Positions 38,813-48,572 of a stretch of 64,000 nucleotides of DNA are shown one piece after another (within the stretch, counting starts at the first letter, position 1; each line of letters starts with the position of its first letter). Position numbers and translations under genes: made by a program. This DNA comes from Chitinophagales bacterium (GTDB lineage: Bacteria; Bacteroidota; Bacteroidia; Chitinophagales; JADIYW01). The notes under the pieces were generated by a model, which saw only the letters and a program-made list of their open reading frames with translations, searched no databases and was not told where the DNA came from. The stretch lies in the NCBI GenBank assembly GCA_023957215.1, contig JAMLHH010000006.1, forward strand, positions 46,244 through 110,243, written 5' to 3'.

Positions 38813-39163
38813 ATGGCTATTATAATCACTGATGAGTGTATAAACTGTGGGGCATGTGAGCCTGAATGCCCAAACAATGCCATTTATGAAGGTGGAATGG
38901 AATGGACAATGGCAGAGGGAAATGCTATTAAAGGCACTTATACTTTAATGGATGGAAGAACAGTAGATGTCAACGAAAAGCAAGCTCCGATATCGGATGA
39001 AATATATTTTATAGTTCCTGATAAATGTACTGAGTGTGTAGGCTTTCACGAAGAACCACAATGTGCAGCGGTTTGTCCGGTGGATTGTTGTGTGCCGGAT
39101 CCTGATGTAGTAGAAAGTGAAGAAGAATTATTGGCAAAAAAAGCTAAACTTCACAATGAATAA
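38813..39163 (+). CDS. 4Fe-4S dicluster ferredoxin (YfhL-like)
   Basis: CINCGACEPECP and CTECVG...QCAAVCPVDCC. Confidence 0.93.
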   Translation: MAIIITDECINCGACEPECPNNAIYEGGMEWTMAEGNAIKGTYTLMDGRTVDVNEKQAPISDEIYFIVPDKCTECVGFHEEPQCAAVCPVDCCVPDPDVVESEEELLAKKAKLHNE

Positions 39164-39190
39164 TTATCTACAAGTTTTTACTTTCGTCCT

Positions 39191-39238
39191 ATTAACTAAT
39201 TACCAAATTCTCTAATTAGCTAATTTTCTAACTATCTT
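39191..39238. repeat. Six degenerate tandem 8-mers
   Basis: ATTAACTA ATTACCAA ATTCTCTA ATTAGCTA ATTTTCTA ACTATCTT. Confidence 0.7.
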
Positions 39239-39244
39239 TACGAC

Positions 39245-40519
39245 ATGAATATACTTCTAATCGGATCGGGTGGTAGAGAGAATGCTTTTGCCAGACAGAT
39301 AGCAAAAAGTAAGCTTTGTTCACAACTTTTTATAGCACCCGGAAATCCCGGAACTATCCAATATGGTGAAAATGTAGCTGTGAATGCCACTGATTTTGAG
39401 GGTATCAAGCAATTTGTTTTGGAGAATGATGTCAAAATGGTTGTTGTGGGACCTGAAGCACCCTTGGTCAAAGGTATTTTCGATTATTTTAAAAATGATG
39501 TTGAAATTGCTCATATTCCTGTCATAGGTCCGTCTCAAAAAGGTGCCTTGTTAGAAGGTAGTAAGGCTTTTTCCAAAGCTTTTATGGTGAGAAACAATAT
39601 TCCGACTGCTGCTTATCGTGAGTTTACTGCCGATGAAATGCAAACCGGATTAGATTATATTCAGACTCAAAGTTTACCTATCGTTTTAAAAGCAGATGGT
39701 TTAGCAGCCGGTAAGGGTGTTTTGATATGCCAAAGTATAGAAGAAGCCCAGCAGGAATTTAAAAATATGCTGAGTGGAAAATTTGGTAGTGCCGGTGACA
39801 AAGTGGTGATAGAAGAATTTATGTCAGGTATAGAGTTTTCTGTCTTTGTTTTGAGTGATGGTGAAAACTATAAAATCTTACCTGTAGCCAAAGATTATAA
39901 ACGTATCGGTGAAAAGGATACCGGACTAAATACCGGCGGAATGGGTGCTGTATCGCCGCCGTCATTTGTGACGGAGTCCATTATGCAAAAGGTAGAAAGA
40001 GAGGTCATCATCCCGACTGTCAAAGGTTTACAAAAAGAGAATATCTCTTACAAAGGGATTATATATATCGGACTCATGAATACGGCCGGTGACACGCCAA
40101 AAGTGGTAGAGTACAACTGTCGTATGGGTGATCCGGAAGCACAAGTCGTACTACCGAGAATAGAGTCTGATTTTGTGGAGTTATTACAACATGTAGCTGA
40201 TGAAACTTTGAATCAAGCAGAACTAAAAATTTCTGATGAAGCTGCTGTGACGGTCATTTTGGCTTCGGGTGGTTATCCTGAAGATTTTGTAAAAGGTTAT
40301 GAAATCACCGGGGCCAAAGATAATGGGGATACAATTATTTATCACGCAGGTACAAAAATGCAGGGAGTGCAACTGGTTACCAATGGCGGGCGTGTTTTAG
40401 CGGTTACTACTTTGGATAAAGACTGGCTCAAAGCTTTAGATGCAAGTAATAAGATTGCAGAGAAAATCCAATTTCAAGATAAGTATTACAGAAGGGACAT
40501 CGGTTTTGATTTGATATAA
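39245..40519 (+). CDS. purD: Phosphoribosylamine--glycine ligase
   Basis: GSGGRE, VGPEAPL, LEGSK, KADGLAAGKGV, NTGGMG, RMGDPE, GGRVL. Confidence 0.96.
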   Translation: MNILLIGSGGRENAFARQIAKSKLCSQLFIAPGNPGTIQYGENVAVNATDFEGIKQFVLENDVKMVVVGPEAPLVKGIFDYFKNDVEIAHIPVIGPSQKGALLEGSKAFSKAFMVRNNIPTAAYREFTADEMQTGLDYIQTQSLPIVLKADGLAAGKGVLICQSIEEAQQEFKNMLSGKFGSAGDKVVIEEFMSGIEFSVFVLSDGENYKILPVAKDYKRIGEKDTGLNTGGMGAVSPPSFVTESIMQKVEREVIIPTVKGLQKENISYKGIIYIGLMNTAGDTPKVVEYNCRMGDPEAQVVLPRIESDFVELLQHVADETLNQAELKISDEAAVTVILASGGYPEDFVKGYEITGAKDNGDTIIYHAGTKMQGVQLVTNGGRVLAVTTLDKDWLKALDASNKIAEKIQFQDKYYRRDIGFDLI

Positions 40520-40561
40520 TTTTGAATGCATGAGGGGCAGAGTGTTTTTTGCTAACGCAAA

Positions 40562-40787
40562 AATGACGACAGACGACGGACTATAGACCATCGATTTCAC
40601 TAAAATTGCGTCATTCGGTCTTGGCTCTTGACTCTTGACTCTAAAAGTCAGATAGTCGAAATAAAGACCCAACCCGAAATAGTATTGAGTATGTGGGTAT
40701 TGAGTAACGGGACACAATCGAACTCAAATTTTAGATTTTATCCAAGATGTAAAGTCTCAATACTCATTACGAGTAGTCTCAATACTA
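40562..40787. repeat. Intergenic 7-mer arrays and inverted repeats related to the 27.6 kb element
   Basis: GACGACA GACGACG GACTATA GACCATC; TCTTGGC TCTTGAC TCTTGAC TCTAAAA; TAGTATTGAG (40680) inverted against CTCAATACTA (40778). Confidence 0.75.
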
Positions 40788-40858
40788 ATGAAAGGACACG
40801 CTCAAAAAATAATTAGATATTTCTTACACTTTTGTATATTTACTTCAAATAAAACGGT

Positions 40859-42763
40859 ATGAAGCTCTTTTTCTCTTTCCTGCTTGTGCTTTCTTTTAGT
40901 ATAAGAAGTGCATTTTCTGAAGTAAAAGATTTTACGATTTTGCATACAAGTGATGAGCATTCTACGCTTTCACCGATACCTTTCACTGAATATTTGAAAG
41001 GGCAGCCGAGTCCGACTTTGGGAGGTTTTGCACGATTATCAACGAAGGTAAATGAAATCCGGAGGCAAAAAAAAGGAGAGCCGGTTTTGCTGTTTTCGTG
41101 TGGAGATATCATGGGCGGCTCGCCGTATGCATGGCTGATTCCCGAGGGCAAATCGTATGAAATGCGCTTGATGCAGAGAATCGGTTATGATGCAGTGACT
41201 TTTGGAAATCATGAGTTTGATTACGGACCGGATGAATTAGCGAAATTTTATGAGCGTGCGGGTTTTAAAGAACAGAGTCAGGTGGGGAAAACGTCTGTAA
41301 TTATCACAAATATGAGAGTTCCGAATAAGACACAATTGAGTGAAATCAAATTATTGCCTTATAAAATATATGAACTTGAAAATGGGTTGAAAATAGGTGT
41401 TTTTGGGTTGCTGGGAAAAGAAGCTTATAAATTAGCCCCTGCGCATGGATATGTAGTTTATGAGGATGAGATTGAAGTGGCGAAAACGACTGTACAAAAG
41501 TTAAGAGAGGAAGGAGCGAATGTTATCGTAGAGTTGAGTCATTCGGGAATAGAAGCAGATAAGATAATGGCGCAAAAAGTGAAAGGTATTGATGTGATTT
41601 TGGGAGGTCACGACCATATTACTACACCTGATCCTTTGCTAATCGGAAATACAACTATTGTACATTCGGGTTATTATTTGAGAAATCTGGGGCAGTTGGA
41701 ATTTAGTTTTGATACGGAAACTAAAAAATTGACAAGGAAGAATACGCCATATTTGCACACTTTGGATGGAAATATTCCTGAAGATACTTCGATAACGGCG
41801 ATAGTCGATGAAGCTAACCGAAAGCTCAACCGGTTTTTGAGTGAATATACAAATCAACGCTTTGACAGTATATCCCAAGTATCTGTTACATCAAATTTTG
41901 ATGTGGCAAAAGATGCGGACTTTAAAGAGACAACAATAGGAAACTTTATAGCGGATGCCATGCGTATTGAGGTTTCTAAAGTGACAGGTAAGAGAGTAGA
42001 TTTTGCTTTTCAGGGTAATGGTGTCATCAGAGGAGATATACTTGTAGGCAAGGAAGTTTGGTCAAAAGATAAGTTTTCTTTATACGATATGCTGGGTATC
42101 GTCGGCTTGGGTAAAGGACCGGATATGTCGCCGGGATACCCGTTAATAGGTTGCTACCTGACAGAAAGAGAAATTTTTAATGTATTGGAAGTTTCTTCTT
42201 TGTTGACAGAATTAGAAACAGGTGCCGATCAGTTTTTTCTACAAGTTTCGGGTATTAAATACAATTATGATCCTGGCAAATCTTTGTGGGGTAAAATTCC
42301 TTATAAAAACCTCCCTTTGCCTGCTACCAAAGCAGTGAAGTCAGTACAAATGTTTACCGGTGACAGTATTCAGGATGGTTCGGATGAGTTTGTAAAATTG
42401 GATAAAAATAGCGATAAGCTACATTATATCGTAACTGATTATTACGTAGGAACTTTCTTGCCTTATGTGGGAACTTTATTGCCTAAGCTCAAAATATCTT
42501 TTAAGGATGAAAATGGAAAGGAACTGACTATTGATGAGTGTGTCATTCATACCGAAGATGGTAAAGAGTTTAAATCCTGGCAGTCTTTGGCACAATACGC
42601 ACAGTCATTGAAGACTATCCCGGAGCAGTATAAAACCACGCATGATAGGATAGTCAAAGAAGCCGGTATTCCTTTGGTGACATGGACTTATACAGCATTG
42701 GTTATTTTAGTTCTCCTAATTATTTGGGGATTAAAAAAACTTTTTACGAGAAAATCAAAATAA
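40859..42763 (+). CDS. Bifunctional metallophosphatase / 5'-nucleotidase with C-terminal membrane anchor
   Basis: LHTSDEH, GD, FGNHEFDYG, LSHSG, GGHDH, GNFIADAMR. Confidence 0.9.
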   Translation: MKLFFSFLLVLSFSIRSAFSEVKDFTILHTSDEHSTLSPIPFTEYLKGQPSPTLGGFARLSTKVNEIRRQKKGEPVLLFSCGDIMGGSPYAWLIPEGKSYEMRLMQRIGYDAVTFGNHEFDYGPDELAKFYERAGFKEQSQVGKTSVIITNMRVPNKTQLSEIKLLPYKIYELENGLKIGVFGLLGKEAYKLAPAHGYVVYEDEIEVAKTTVQKLREEGANVIVELSHSGIEADKIMAQKVKGIDVILGGHDHITTPDPLLIGNTTIVHSGYYLRNLGQLEFSFDTETKKLTRKNTPYLHTLDGNIPEDTSITAIVDEANRKLNRFLSEYTNQRFDSISQVSVTSNFDVAKDADFKETTIGNFIADAMRIEVSKVTGKRVDFAFQGNGVIRGDILVGKEVWSKDKFSLYDMLGIVGLGKGPDMSPGYPLIGCYLTEREIFNVLEVSSLLTELETGADQFFLQVSGIKYNYDPGKSLWGKIPYKNLPLPATKAVKSVQMFTGDSIQDGSDEFVKLDKNSDKLHYIVTDYYVGTFLPYVGTLLPKLKISFKDENGKELTIDECVIHTEDGKEFKSWQSLAQYAQSLKTIPEQYKTTHDRIVKEAGIPLVTWTYTALVILVLLIIWGLKKLFTRKSK

Positions 42764-42860
42764 TCTGTCTTCATTAGAACAAAGCAATCCGATTTTTTTT
42801 TTGAGGTAGCAAAGATATACGAGTAGTAACCAGATAATTTGCCAACCTATACAGACTATC

Positions 42861-43760
42861 TCAAATCACCAAACCTATTCCCAGAAACAGTGCAAACAAC
42901 AATGTGCTGATGGAAAGTTTTTTCAGCTCGGGATCAAGGGAAGACGGCGTTTGAGCTTGTAGGACGGTTTTTATATTTAAGATGACACCTAATGTAGGCA
43001 ATATAAAAAGCCATTTGAGAAGAGTAGCATCAGAAAGCAGTACATATAAAACTGTGGTAAATATACCCAAGCTCAAAATGGCAAGGTGGTAAACTTTGGC
43101 ATTTTGAAAGCCCAATCTGACAACCATCGTCTTCTTCCCATAAGCTTTATCATTTTCATAATCCCTGAGATTATTGAGATTTAATACACCGGTACTAAAA
43201 CATCCGATGGAAATAGCGGGTAGAAATTCCATGATACTCAAATGATGTGTGTGTAAAAAGAATGTTCCCATCACACCTGCCAAGCCAAAGAAAGTAAATA
43301 CAAAAATATCACCCATACCGGCATATCCATAAGGATGGCTACCCATCGTATATTTCATAGCAGCAATGATAGCGGCAATGCCGATGACAAACATCATTAC
43401 AGATGAAAATTGTAAACCTTGGATGGCAATAGCTATTAAAGAAGTTCCTGCAATCAAAGAAAGAATGACAAAAATAATAATAGCGTTTTTCATTTGGTGT
43501 AACGATATGGCACCAGATTGTAGGCTGCGTTGAGGGCCAATTCTCTCAGCATTGTCCACACCTGAGACAGTATCGCCATAATCGTTGGCAAGATTGCTCA
43601 AAATCTGTAAAAATAAGGTAGTCATTACAGCTAATAAACATACACCCCAATTAAAACTTTGGTGATAGGCTGCTAAAAAACTACCCAGAATGACAGATGA
43701 GAGCGAGAGTGGGAGTGTACGCAACCTGAAACTCACCATCCAATCAGAAAATGATACCAT
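42861..43760 (-). CDS. menA: 1,4-dihydroxy-2-naphthoate octaprenyltransferase
   Basis: RLRTLPLS, SNLANDYGD, NNLRDYEND..GKKT. Confidence 0.93.
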   Translation of the reverse strand: MVSFSDWMVSFRLRTLPLSLSSVILGSFLAAYHQSFNWGVCLLAVMTTLFLQILSNLANDYGDTVSGVDNAERIGPQRSLQSGAISLHQMKNAIIIFVILSLIAGTSLIAIAIQGLQFSSVMMFVIGIAAIIAAMKYTMGSHPYGYAGMGDIFVFTFFGLAGVMGTFFLHTHHLSIMEFLPAISIGCFSTGVLNLNNLRDYENDKAYGKKTMVVRLGFQNAKVYHLAILSLGIFTTVLYVLLSDATLLKWLFILPTLGVILNIKTVLQAQTPSSLDPELKKLSISTLLFALFLGIGLVI

Positions 43761-43766
43761 CTTGAA

Positions 43767-44609
43767 CTATGGAAATTTAGGAAATTTGCCAAAATTTGGC
43801 TTGCGTTTTTCCAAAAAGGCATCTCTGCCTTCTTCCGCTTCGTCAGTTGTATAAATCAGTCGCGTAGCTTCACCGGCATAAACTTGTTGACCTACAAGAC
43901 CGTCATCTATCAAATTGAGTGCAAATTTTGCCATTTTAATAGCGGTCGGACTTTTAGCCAAAATTTCTTGTGCCCATTCAAAAGCAGTATTTTCCAATTC
44001 GTCATGCGGAACAACTGCATTGACCATTCCCATCTCAAAAGCTTCTTGCGCAGAATATGATTTTCCTAAGAAAAAAATCTCTCTTGCCCTCTTTTGACCG
44101 ACTTGCCTTGCTAAATAAGCCGATCCAAAACCACCGTCCACACTGGCGACATTGACATCTGTCTGCTTAAAAATAGCGTACTCCTTGCTTGCCAAGGTCA
44201 TGTCACAGACTACGTGTAAACTATGACCTCCACCAACAGCCCATCCCGGAACGACAGCTATAACAGCCTTGTTCATAAAACGAATCTGTCTTTGTACGTC
44301 TAAGATATTGAACCTATTGATACCGTCACCACCTTTGTAACCGGTTTTTGAACGTACCCGCTGATCTCCACCTGAGCAAAATGCCCACACTCCATCCTTG
44401 GGTGAAGGACCTTCGGCACTGATTAAGACGACACCTATTTCTTGTGATTCATGGCAGATTGCCAAAGCTTCCTGTATCTGTGAGACAGTTTCCGGTCTAA
44501 AAGCATTTCTAACTTCCGGTCTGTTAAATGCAATACGGGCTACGCCGTCACAATATTTAAAAGTAATATCACTGTATTCCCGAATGGTTTCCCATTGTAT
44601 CTCCGCCAT
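43767..44609 (-). CDS. menB: 1,4-dihydroxy-2-naphthoyl-CoA synthase
   Basis: NRPEVRNAF, FCSGGDQ, GWAVGGGH, QVGQKRARE, EGRDAFLEKR. Confidence 0.96.
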   Translation of the reverse strand: MAEIQWETIREYSDITFKYCDGVARIAFNRPEVRNAFRPETVSQIQEALAICHESQEIGVVLISAEGPSPKDGVWAFCSGGDQRVRSKTGYKGGDGINRFNILDVQRQIRFMNKAVIAVVPGWAVGGGHSLHVVCDMTLASKEYAIFKQTDVNVASVDGGFGSAYLARQVGQKRAREIFFLGKSYSAQEAFEMGMVNAVVPHDELENTAFEWAQEILAKSPTAIKMAKFALNLIDDGLVGQQVYAGEATRLIYTTDEAEEGRDAFLEKRKPNFGKFPKFP

Positions 44610-44661
44610 AGTTAATAATTGATGTGCTAAGATAAAAAATTAAACCTTTTTCTCTATAAAT

Positions 44662-45333
44662 CTATGCACCTTGATTGATTTGCAAGGCATATTCACTATT
44701 AAAATAGAGTGCTACCTTATATGCAAAGATAGAGAAAAATGGAGCTGCTACGATATCTATTGTATAATGAACGTGTTGCATAAGAATTAGACTGGCCACT
44801 AATGCACCTATCAACAAGAAAGAAAGTTTTAAATATTTACTGACACTACACAAATAGAATAAGAAGATAGCCGAAATATGCCCCGAAAAAAATAAATCCT
44901 TGACAATATAGCCTGATTCGGAAGTCGATTTCATGAAAAAATTAGAAACCGGATCTTTGAGGATAATCAATCCGGCTGGTGGCTCCAAAGGCAGTAAGTA
45001 GATGGTCATCATTCTCAAAATGAGCAACATGGTATAAGCCTGCATATACAGTACAAACCTTTGAGGATTGTGTATTGTGGTGATAATAAACAATATAAGT
45101 GCAATGTAAGTGAGTGTAAACGTAATTTCAGAAAAATCTTTAGGTGGTAAAAACGCCAAAACAAAATCGTTGAGTTGCGTACCCGTTCTTGTCTCCATTA
45201 TTTCAGTGGCAATTCTAAAAACTTTAAAAAAAATTCCATAAAACGTGAAAGTCAGTAAAGCTTTTACCAAAAAGTTCTTATCACCGAAAGCTATCTTCCA
45301 GTTTTTAATCAGGGAGCTAAAGTAATACAACAC
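44662..45333 (-). CDS. PAP2-superfamily membrane protein, sphingomyelin/IPC-synthase-like (PAP2_C)
   Basis: About 6 transmembrane helices; DLFFSGH and HYTIDIV motifs. Confidence 0.75.
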   Translation of the reverse strand: MLYYFSSLIKNWKIAFGDKNFLVKALLTFTFYGIFFKVFRIATEIMETRTGTQLNDFVLAFLPPKDFSEITFTLTYIALILFIITTIHNPQRFVLYMQAYTMLLILRMMTIYLLPLEPPAGLIILKDPVSNFFMKSTSESGYIVKDLFFSGHISAIFLFYLCSVSKYLKLSFLLIGALVASLILMQHVHYTIDIVAAPFFSIFAYKVALYFNSEYALQINQGA

Positions 45334-45439
45334 GATTTTACAATTTATGTCACAAAAATAGAATATAGCTTCTGAATTTCAACTGCTTACCAATAATTTA
45401 ATAGTGTGTAAAAACTGTGAAAATACTCAACAAAATATC

Positions 45440-47107
45440 TTAATCTTTCAACATCCGGATGGTTTGTATGAAATCGTCAGCATTCAATGAATTGATACAG
45501 TTTGCTTTTGTCAAACCGCCCCTTCTTGCTGTTATCACACCATATTTGATATCTTCTATACCTTTTAAGGTGTGTGCATCCGGATTAATAGATATCCATA
45601 CACCTTGCTCTGTACAATAAGGCAGCCATTCCCAATCTATATCCAAACGCCTTGGATTTGCATTGATTTCTATAACAACACCGTTTGCTTTACACGCATC
45701 AATAATCTTTTTGTGGTTGATAGGATAACCTTTTCTGGACAATAAAAGTCGTCCTGTCAAATGACCTAATATGTTTGTGTAAGGATTTTCAATAGCTTTT
45801 ATTAATCTTGACATCGCTTTTTCTGCATCCATATTGAGATGGGAATGGACAGATGCAATGACCAAATCGAAAGATTTTAAGATATCTTCTTCATAGTCCA
45901 AACTACCATCGTATAAAATGTCACTTTCTATACTTTTAAATATTCTAAAATCAGTCAATTCTTTTTGTAGAGCATCTATTTCTTCGTGTTGTTGTATAAT
46001 TCTTGCCTCTGTCAAACCATTGGCATAAAATGCACTTTTGGAATGATCGCTCAGCACCAAATACTTATATCCCAAACTTTGAGCTTGAATTGCCATTTCA
46101 CGTATCGTGTTTCTTCCATCAGAATAAATACTGTGTGAGTGTACAACACCCTTAATATCAATATATTGAACAAGTTGATTAAAATCAAAGTTTTCATCAA
46201 AAAAATTAGTTTGTTCATGACGACATTCGGCAGGATAGAATTGTAGATGTGCATTTTGATAAATTTGCTCTTCCGCCCAAGATGTGTCTATGGCGGATGA
46301 ATGTCTGTTTATGACAAATTCAATATGTTCTCGACTACCCGAAGTGATAAAGAGTTGATATTCTAATTCGTCTTTTGTGACCGTCTTGATTTCAATAGCA
46401 ATGAAATGGTCATTTTTGATATAGATTTTACCACTTAAAAGTTGACAGTTTTCGTAGGTAACAGATAATTTTTCAAAAACTGTCTCTATTTTTTCATCCA
46501 CTATCAAAATTTCCAAGCGTTCCAAAAAGATCTCTTTTCGTCTGTATGCACCTGTCGGAATAATTTGTGCCTTTTTGCCCAAAGATTTTTGAAGTGATGG
46601 GAAAATAGTCTGCTCATACAATTTTTCTACCTGCGCAAATAATAACTTATCACTATTTTCCAAATAAAACTCTACTGCTTTTCTAATCTGTTCTTGTGTT
46701 TTTTCACCAAAACCCTTTAACAATGTCAGACGATTTTCCAAACAAGCATAATGCAATTCACCGACAGTCTCAATATTCAACTCTTTCCACAAGCGTGCAA
46801 TTTTTCCGGGACCTAAACCTTTTATTTTTAAAATATCTAAAATGCCGGACGGAGTGAGTTCTAAGTATTTTTCTAAAAGGGGCAATTTCCCCGTTGTACT
46901 CAAAACATGAATCTTTTCTGAAATGGCTTTGCCAATGCCCTGTATTTCCTGCATTTCGGTTAAAGTCAATTTTGAAATTTCAATATCCAAACTTTTTATC
47001 GTCCGTCCGGCATTGCTATAACTCCTAATTTTGAATACATTTTCGCCGTGTATTTCCATCAGTTGGGCTAATAACTTAAAATGTTCTGAAATAGTTATAT
47101 TATCCAC
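45440..47107 (-). CDS. polX: PolX-PHP family protein (polymerase site degenerate, PHP domain intact)
   Basis: ENVFKIRSY, HhH motifs GIGK and GLGPGK, HSHSIYSDG, SDHS, GHLTGRLL, NPDAH. Confidence 0.87.
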   Translation of the reverse strand: MDNITISEHFKLLAQLMEIHGENVFKIRSYSNAGRTIKSLDIEISKLTLTEMQEIQGIGKAISEKIHVLSTTGKLPLLEKYLELTPSGILDILKIKGLGPGKIARLWKELNIETVGELHYACLENRLTLLKGFGEKTQEQIRKAVEFYLENSDKLLFAQVEKLYEQTIFPSLQKSLGKKAQIIPTGAYRRKEIFLERLEILIVDEKIETVFEKLSVTYENCQLLSGKIYIKNDHFIAIEIKTVTKDELEYQLFITSGSREHIEFVINRHSSAIDTSWAEEQIYQNAHLQFYPAECRHEQTNFFDENFDFNQLVQYIDIKGVVHSHSIYSDGRNTIREMAIQAQSLGYKYLVLSDHSKSAFYANGLTEARIIQQHEEIDALQKELTDFRIFKSIESDILYDGSLDYEEDILKSFDLVIASVHSHLNMDAEKAMSRLIKAIENPYTNILGHLTGRLLLSRKGYPINHKKIIDACKANGVVIEINANPRRLDIDWEWLPYCTEQGVWISINPDAHTLKGIEDIKYGVITARRGGLTKANCINSLNADDFIQTIRMLKD

Positions 47108-47116
47108 AGCTACAAT

Positions 47117-48091
47117 TTATGTAAATCTTTCGGGATAAAATGGTTTTGACTGAGCTTTATTAGATTTTTGAAAAAAATTTCTGAAATCTTCTGCGATTCT
47201 ATCAGGATATTCCAACATCGGTATATGACCGCATCTATTATAAATTCTCACCTCACTATTTTTAATATCACGATGAAAAAGCTCGGCATGGCTGACCGGT
47301 ATCAAGTTATCTTCTTTTCCCCAAATGATTAGTGTGGGAATATTAATTGTTTTAATAAAGTCACTATCAAGGAAATAGGGTGTAGTGGACAGACAAGTCA
47401 AAGTATGTAGATTGCCTTCCGTATTCAGAATTTCATAATGAATTTCTTGATTTTTTTCACTCACTTTTGAAGTATCGATAATGTGGTTAGTTAAAGATAG
47501 ATTGGTAATAAATTTGGGCAGTCCTTTTTGTAGAAACCTTTGAAACCAAGGTCTTTTTAAAGGACCGGAAGCTTTTTTCAATATTCTTTTTAAATCATAG
47601 CCCGCACTACTAATCAAAACCAGACCTTTTATCTTTTCGGGTATTTCCGTGGCTATCAACCAAGCAATCATACCTCCAAAGGAATTTCCCATCAGATAAG
47701 TATTTTCTATTTTTAATTCTTCAAAAAAGAACTTGAAAAATCTTGAATAGTCTTCGATAAAATGAGTTTGTTTGTTGCAACTTTTAAATTCGGAAAGGCC
47801 CATGCCCGGAATATCTACTCTGATGACTCTATAATCTTTTACCATATTTTTGGCAACATCATCATATTTGTGAAATGAACCGCCTAATCCATGTACCATG
47901 ATGATACATTCTCCTTGCCCTTCATCGGTATAGTGGATATCGTTGCCTTCCCAATTTAAAAACTTAGAACTCGGAATGATAAGCCTATTTTTACTTTCTT
48001 CTTTAGAAAACAAAAGATTTGGGCGAAAACGGAAAGCAATTGCTATGAGTATAATGGACAAGATAATATGTACAAGGAAATACGGCAACAT
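47117..48091 (-). CDS. Membrane-anchored alpha/beta hydrolase
   Basis: VHGLGG, DIPGMGLS, GNSFGG, IWGKED, GHIP. Confidence 0.87.
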   Translation of the reverse strand: MLPYFLVHIILSIILIAIAFRFRPNLLFSKEESKNRLIIPSSKFLNWEGNDIHYTDEGQGECIIMVHGLGGSFHKYDDVAKNMVKDYRVIRVDIPGMGLSEFKSCNKQTHFIEDYSRFFKFFFEELKIENTYLMGNSFGGMIAWLIATEIPEKIKGLVLISSAGYDLKRILKKASGPLKRPWFQRFLQKGLPKFITNLSLTNHIIDTSKVSEKNQEIHYEILNTEGNLHTLTCLSTTPYFLDSDFIKTINIPTLIIWGKEDNLIPVSHAELFHRDIKNSEVRIYNRCGHIPMLEYPDRIAEDFRNFFQKSNKAQSKPFYPERFT

Positions 48092-48215
48092 GAATGTAAA
48101 ATTAAGCACAAATTAATAAATATACCAAATAATAGGTAGTTATTTTATAGTATAAAATATAAATTCATAATAAGTAGTTAATAAGTAGAAACGTATCTTT
48201 GCGTGAAATTTTGAA

Positions 48216-48572
48216 ATGATGAAAAGAGTCAGTGAAATTGTTATAAAAGTTTCTTTAGATAAAGACCAAATGCCCGAAAAAATAGAGTGGGCAACTTCCG
48301 ATAATCCACAAGATGGCGTACAAGAAAGTAAGACAATGATGTTGGGACTTTGGGATCCAAAAGAAAAGAGTACTTTGTCTATGGATTTATGGACAAAAGA
48401 TATGCCGATAGATGAAATGCACACCCACTTTTTTCAAAGGATATTAAGTTTGGCAGATAGTTATCAAAGAGCAACGGGCAATCCTTTTGTAGCGGCAGCT
48501 ACCAAGAAATACTGCGAAGAATTGGGTGAGAGAACACAAGTTTGGGAAGAAAGAGGAAGAAAGCATAGATAA
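48216..48572 (+). CDS. gldC: Gliding motility protein GldC
   Basis: LDKDQMPEKIEW, LWD, DLWTKDMPIDEM. Confidence 0.87.
   Translation: MMKRVSEIVIKVSLDKDQMPEKIEWATSDNPQDGVQESKTMMLGLWDPKEKSTLSMDLWTKDMPIDEMHTHFFQRILSLADSYQRATGNPFVAAATKKYCEELGERTQVWEERGRKHR

Noticed and set aside
40436-40816. Short ORFs 40436-40717 (-) and 40628-40816 (+)
   Set aside because: They are translations of the 7-mer repeat DNA with no protein features
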